A stretch of 64,000 bases of DNA, taken from Escherichia coli (GTDB lineage: Bacteria; Pseudomonadota; Gammaproteobacteria; Enterobacterales; Enterobacteriaceae). The position numbers and the translations under genes are program-made. The notes under the pieces are model-generated. The model ran no database searches. It had not been told where the DNA came from and saw only the letters and a program-made list of their open reading frames with translations. The stretch lies in the NCBI RefSeq assembly GCF_024223415.1, contig NZ_CP100502.1, one strand, 5' to 3'. Shown here one piece after another: positions 59,969 through 64,000 of the stretch. Each line of letters begins with the position of its first letter. The first letter of the stretch is position 1.

Positions 59969-60520
59969 TTAACGCACGTGAGGTGTGATGAGAACGACGC
60001 GCTTTTCGCCAGCTCCGTCTCCGGTGAATCCATTCACGACAAGGGACTGTTCCGGTCTGAGAGAAATGCTTTGTTCAACAGTCTGTTTTCGTTTCTGGTC
60101 TGTGGTCGAGAGTCGCAGAGTGATATTTCCGGGCGCACCGTGAATATCCGGTGATACCTGCATTCTGACACCGGGAGAGACATCTGCAGTGAAGGTATCC
60201 GGACCTACGGACGTTACCAGTGATTCAACACAGGGCGTATTCTGTATCATCCCGTGGAGCGTTTCAGGTGTCAGCGTCAGGCTGTCATTAAAAAATGCAC
60301 TGCGTGAAATACTCCCCTGAGCACCGGCAAACAGGTCCGGATGGCGCTCATTAAGAAGGCTTCCGTATTTTTCCGCCAGGCAGATTGGGTTGCTGGCCGT
60401 TGTGTCTGTTCGCACGGTATCGACCGTGAATGTCACCTGCGGGTGATGTTCCCTGTGGCCTGTGCAGCCGGACAGCAGTGCGGCGGCTATCGTCATCCAG
60501 AGTAGTGGTTGTTTTTTCAT
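59969..60520 (-). CDS. Lipoprotein, 183 aa (R64 traD position)
   Basis: Lipobox LLSGC; ORF track. Confidence 0.6.
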   Translation of the reverse strand: MKKQPLLWMTIAAALLSGCTGHREHHPQVTFTVDTVRTDTTASNPICLAEKYGSLLNERHPDLFAGAQGSISRSAFFNDSLTLTPETLHGMIQNTPCVESLVTSVGPDTFTADVSPGVRMQVSPDIHGAPGNITLRLSTTDQKRKQTVEQSISLRPEQSLVVNGFTGDGAGEKRVVLITPHVR

Positions 60521-60580
60521 GCTGTTAATTTCCTCTCAGGGTAAAAAGAAAGACTCGCACCGTCATGTCGATGGGGGCCG

Positions 60581-60670
60581 CTTGCGAAAAAATGGCACAA
60601 GCGAGTAGTGACAGAAAGAATGTCGGAAACGGCAGGAAGGGCGGTACAGGCTGCGAAGACTGGAAACGGG
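60581..60670. repeat. ~88-bp direct repeat, copy 2 (upstream of the lipoprotein gene)
   Basis: See 59868-59956. Confidence 0.85.
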
Positions 60671-60692
60671 GTATGCCGGGGATTACACATCC

Positions 60693-61376
60693 TCAGTGTA
60701 ATGTGATAGTCGTCTGCTCCTGTGTTGCACCCCAGACATCTTCTGGCAGGCTGGGCAGCCCGATAAATAGGGTGTGAAAGAGGGTTTCTCTGCGTTCGAT
60801 CCCGAATTGATGTTCGTATCCTCTCACCACCTGAAATCCTTCGTCGGAGAATATTAACTCTGCCGTTTCCAGAAGCTGCATAGTTTTGCGGTGTAGTGGA
60901 GTGATCAGCTGCAACGTAACTGGTGCCCTCATATCGCCTGTCGGTAGAAAACACTCTTCGGTGCGACTTAGTTGTAGCAGATGACGTTTCCCGGAACAGG
61001 CCCGTTCAATGGATTCATTGAACACCCTCTCAGGCCATGGGCAGACATATGTGCGCCAGCCTGCTTTCTGTAATTTACCCAGTGCAGCCCGAAAACGAAA
61101 CAACGGACATTCCCCGACAGTGGCAGAGCTGAGAAAGAGCGTATTCAGCGTTCCGATGATGGGAATATTGCGATCTTTTTCGGTCAATGCTTTTAACGCC
61201 ATGATTTCGCCAGGGAGACTACGGAACTCAGGATGTCTGCTGGCACCAGAAAGCCATTCAAGCAGGTAATGCCGTAATCCGGTTTCACTGGTTATATTGT
61301 GGTTTTCCTGTGCCGTTTTCAGGGCATTCAGTGCACACCAGAGCAACTGGCGCACGGGATGTTCTGTCGTGGTCAT
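60693..61376 (-). CDS. Hypothetical protein, 227 aa (R64 traC position; putative transfer-gene regulator)
   Basis: ORF track; positional only. Confidence 0.5.
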   Translation of the reverse strand: MTTTEHPVRQLLWCALNALKTAQENHNITSETGLRHYLLEWLSGASRHPEFRSLPGEIMALKALTEKDRNIPIIGTLNTLFLSSATVGECPLFRFRAALGKLQKAGWRTYVCPWPERVFNESIERACSGKRHLLQLSRTEECFLPTGDMRAPVTLQLITPLHRKTMQLLETAELIFSDEGFQVVRGYEHQFGIERRETLFHTLFIGLPSLPEDVWGATQEQTTITLH

Positions 61377-61594
61377 GCGAATGTCCTACTGTGAGATGAA
61401 AAGAAGACCGGTATCCGTTCTCTCCGCCACACGTGATGGCACGGGCCGGCCTTTGATAAAACGAATCAATACTCTGGGGTGAAGCCTTTTATTTCTTTCG
61501 CCATTAAGAAATACACGGTTCCATCAAAAGACAGGGGGAGTCCATGGTGGGGATGGCTCCGTGCAGGCTTCACTCCAGAATATTCTCTTGAATT

Positions 61595-61620
61595 GAAAAA
61601 AGCCCGGCCCGAAGGCCGGG
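61595..61620 (-). terminator. Rho-independent terminator downstream of the NusG-like gene
   Basis: Stem cccggcc / ggccggg with loop cgaa, followed by T-run on the minus strand. Confidence 0.7.
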
Positions 61621-61629
61621 AAATACTGG

Positions 61630-62184
61630 CTATGGGATGTTTACAAGGCGCTCCATAAAGCCGTGATGTTCGGCATTTGATACCAGTTCCAGGAGCAGGG
61701 ATATCCTCGACTCAGGCTGGAGAGTATTTTCCATTCTGAGGAGATACTGATATTGTGCTTTTGTCAGCCATATGCTGGAAGCCGCATTCAGCTCTTCCCT
61801 GGCTCCCGGATTTAGCACAGGGTCCGGGTAAATCTTCATTAATCCATCAACAATATCTTTATTGACGGGTTTTATTTCACCGCCAAACTTCACGAAATCA
61901 ATGAAGGCGCTATGGCGACGTAATGCCGATACTGGTTGAATGTCAAAATTAGCCAGAATAAAAAAGTACCCTGGAAAAATAGCGAATATTCTTTCACGGT
62001 AACAGCACCTGGAGTCTGCCCGTCTTATCTTTCTTGTTATTAATGGAGTCCATGGTACGACGTTTTGCTCATTCAGCCATGAGAATAAAGATTCTCTGTT
62101 TTTGCCGGCTGTATTATATTGCGCAAGATACCAGTTCCGGTTATTCAGGTGTTCTATATTCACGAAGTTCAACGCTCCGCGCAA
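61630..62184 (-). CDS. RfaH/NusG-family transcription antiterminator paralog (R64 traB position), ~180 aa; true start probably downstream of the TTG at 62184
   Basis: NGN-domain pattern NWYLAQ...PWTPLITRKIRR...IFAIFPGYFFI...FVKFG parallels RfaH (SWYLLY...PMITLEKIVRG...LFPNYLFV...FVRFG) as I recall it. Confidence 0.65.
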   Translation of the reverse strand: MRGALNFVNIEHLNNRNWYLAQYNTAGKNRESLFSWLNEQNVVPWTPLITRKIRRADSRCCYRERIFAIFPGYFFILANFDIQPVSALRRHSAFIDFVKFGGEIKPVNKDIVDGLMKIYPDPVLNPGAREELNAASSIWLTKAQYQYLLRMENTLQPESRISLLLELVSNAEHHGFMERLVNIP

Positions 62185-62292
62185 AACCGATCCATGATGG
62201 ACGATTTTGCGATGTCAGGCGAATATGCTAAATCATATGTCTGAAGCAGTGTCCAGCCCATATCTGGATAAACTGCAGTTCTGACAGGCATA
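62171..62292 (-). promoter_or_regulatory. Conserved leader element, copy 2 (overlaps the annotated start of the NusG-like gene)
   Basis: See 38252-38381. Confidence 0.55.
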
Positions 62293-62604
62293 TAACCAGC
62301 AGACTCTAGTACGTTCTGTATCGGTGATTTGGCGAACTCACAGATAAAGAACGGCTAAGCACTAATATCAGCAATACAGTGGCACAGTATTGTGATACGC
62401 GAAATAAAACATCAGCACATCAGTTCAGAGTAAGGTCGCCATATATCGGGCATGAGCCAGATACAAATAACTGGGACACCGTCTGAAGTGATTTGCTTTA
62501 TTAAAGTAACTTGTGCTTGGTGTTTATGTTTATCAATTTGGGATCGCCTGTAAAGTGCAAAATGCAATTTCCATGAAAGTGTCCCCTTTAATGGGGACAC
62601 CTGT

Positions 62605-62913
62605 TCACATTTTTTCGTTTTCTTTAGCTGTATTGCTAATCATGAAAACGAAAGTTCGCATCAGCACAGCAGAGCGAAGTGCATCATATCCTTCCAGATT
62701 TAAATTCTTCAGGCTTCGCTTCAGGTAGGTTCGTACCGTTTCGGGAGAAAGCCGACAGTTCTGAGCAATGGCGTCGTAAGGAACACCCATTGCGTAAAAA
62801 ACGCAGACTTTAAGCTGGTTTGTTGATAGCTCGGGAAACATGCCTTCCAACAGAGTGATGGCCGGGAGTTTCTGTATCAGTTGAGGTGACATAGCAAAGG
62901 TCTCCGATGACAA
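62605..62913 (-). CDS. LuxR/GerE-type HTH transcription regulator, ~100 aa (R64 traA position)
   Basis: C-terminal HTH LSTNQLKVCVFYAMGVPYDAIAQNCRLSPETVRTYLKRSLKNL. Confidence 0.6.
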   Translation of the reverse strand: MSSETFAMSPQLIQKLPAITLLEGMFPELSTNQLKVCVFYAMGVPYDAIAQNCRLSPETVRTYLKRSLKNLNLEGYDALRSAVLMRTFVFMISNTAKENEKM

Positions 62914-63232
62914 CTAAAAACGCTATCACCGAGTTCCTACGCTCATTGGTGATAGCCCAGACGGGGGTAGGAATACCGGCGTCATCGGAAACCGGCCAGG
63001 CTAATGCCTGCCCCGCCTGAGCTACCATAGATGACGACAAGAAATACAAGTTCCTGTCTTTATGGTATGGCAAAAAACGACGCCAAATGAAGAAATTAAC
63101 TTCTGCGCCGACGATGACTACGCGGGTTCCTACGCCCGATCACAGTTTTGCCTGTGACCAGTAAAGGGTACTTAGTATAACGCACCGAGTCAACTAACAG
63201 CTTAAAAAACATACAAAAAAGCGTCAAAACTT

Positions 63233-63357
63233 AACGCTCCGCGCCGAAGCGATCCAGGCATGATGCTTCTGCTTTGTGGCGTTCGAACATGCTGGTCCAT
63301 ATGCACGAAACGGTGTCTGACCCTCGTCCAGACAATCCGCAGTTCTGACGAACATAT
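63233..63357 (-). promoter_or_regulatory. Conserved leader element, copy 3 (upstream of the LuxR-type gene)
   Basis: See 38252-38381. Confidence 0.55.
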
Positions 63358-63439
63358 GAACAAATATGCTCTTGTAGAGGCTGTTGTTACACAATTGGCG
63401 GGTTGTGTAACAAATGGTTTTATCATCTAAGAATTATTC

Positions 63440-63705
63440 TATTTACGATCGAATGATCTACAAAATGATTTTTTAAAGGTTATTTAGATCGTTTAATTGC
63501 ATTAAAACAGAATATTATTCTGTTGGGTAGATCGGTTGTAAGATAAATGATCGTGAGTAGGACAAAAGTCGATCTTTTAATCCAAAAGAAAGATCTAAAG
63601 CAGAAAAATCTGCTTTTAAAAATAGATTTTATTTTTTTGACGCAGGTCAAGATTAACTTATTAGAGGTATCAGTGAGGAGGCACTGGAAGAGAAGAGATC
63701 GTTGT
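63440..63705. other. AT-rich region with eight GATC sites and repeated (A/T)GATCG motifs
   Basis: GATC at about 63446, 63455, 63486, 63529, 63549, 63569, 63592 and 63697. Confidence 0.5.
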
Positions 63706-63892
63706 AATGCTTTTCAAATTAACGTAAAGCGGGTATATTTCGGCTGTTATTAGCTGTGCAGAGGGTGGCACTCTGTGGAGCAAAGCGGCGAAAGCCGGAC
63801 GGCAGAATGCGCCATAAGGCATTCAGGAGAGATGGCATGTACGGACAGTAAGTCAGAAGACTGAAGATGTTCCGGAAGCCATAAAAGGAAAA

Positions 63893-63943
63893 CCCCCACT
63901 ATCTTTCTTACGAACTTGGCGGAACGACGAAAGATAGTGGGGG
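63893..63943 (+). ncRNA. Stem-loop with 15-bp perfect stem and UUGGCG in the loop: candidate structure I of an I-complex (IncI1/B/K/Z) RepZ mRNA leader, the target of the antisense Inc RNA
   Basis: cccccactatctttc-[ttacgaacttggcggaacgac]-gaaagatagtggggg; rep genes would lie beyond the window end. Confidence 0.45.
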
Positions 63944-64000
63944 CCTCACAGAATACGGGTAAAGTATAATGAAACCGTACCAGAGATTCAACCCTGTGCA

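Noticed and set aside
59710-60954. ORFs 59710..60033 and 60517..60954 that share a conserved peptide segment
   Set aside because: The shared segment is the translation of the 88-bp direct repeat; these are repeat artefacts, not paralogous genes.
38252-63357. Exact RfaH ops element (GGCGGTAGNNTG) in the leaders of the tra and pil units
   Set aside because: No exact ops match was found on the sense strand; the conserved element shares only an AGCGT-like core, so it is reported as ops-like by position only.
63202-63426. 74-aa ORF upstream of the LuxR-type gene
   Set aside because: It overlaps conserved leader element copy 3 and has no ribosome-binding site; more likely regulatory DNA.
1-64000. 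tRNA, rRNA or integron/attC features
   Set aside because: No cloverleaf-like or rRNA-like stretches were recognised; almost the whole window is protein-coding plasmid backbone.

Overview
This window reads as a near-complete transfer region of an IncI1-type (R64/ColIb-P9-like) conjugative plasmid from an enterobacterial host. Gene order, orientation and protein lengths match the R64 layout as I recall it; no database search was run, so R64 gene names are positional assignments. Layout: (1) 1-6200, the leading region, with ardA, two copies of a ~330-bp Frpo/ssi-like repeat in front of uncharacterised genes, and an Rpn (YhgA-like) nuclease gene followed by a free-standing small paralog of its own C-terminal tail; (2) ~6200-9442, oriT, nikA and the nikB relaxase; (3) 9479-14060 (minus strand), trbC-trbB-trbA; (4) 14213-17009, the pndCA (hok-like) toxin locus, a second DinQ-like mini-toxin candidate, small orphan genes and excA; (5) 17059-42529 (minus strand), the Dot/Icm-like transfer genes traY back to traE, with sog primase and nuc; (6) 42680-47943, rci recombinase and the pilV shufflon; (7) 47685-59807 (minus strand), the thin-pilus operon pilV to pilI; (8) 59969-62913, regulatory genes including an RfaH/NusG-like factor and a LuxR-type regulator; (9) 63893-63943, a stem-loop with a UUGGCG loop that looks like the start of an I-complex replication-control leader. 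Two insertion sequences disrupt the backbone: an IS66-family element (43725-46166, 8-bp duplication TGATAACA) splits rci after codon 39, and IS2 (40641-41971, 5-bp duplication GGGGA) splits the traE-like gene. The most interesting candidates for undescribed biology are the Rpn/RpnS-like module and the Frpo-driven orphan genes in the leading region, the DinQ-like mini-ORF with its repeat system, and a ~130-bp leader element present three times in front of tra regulatory units.
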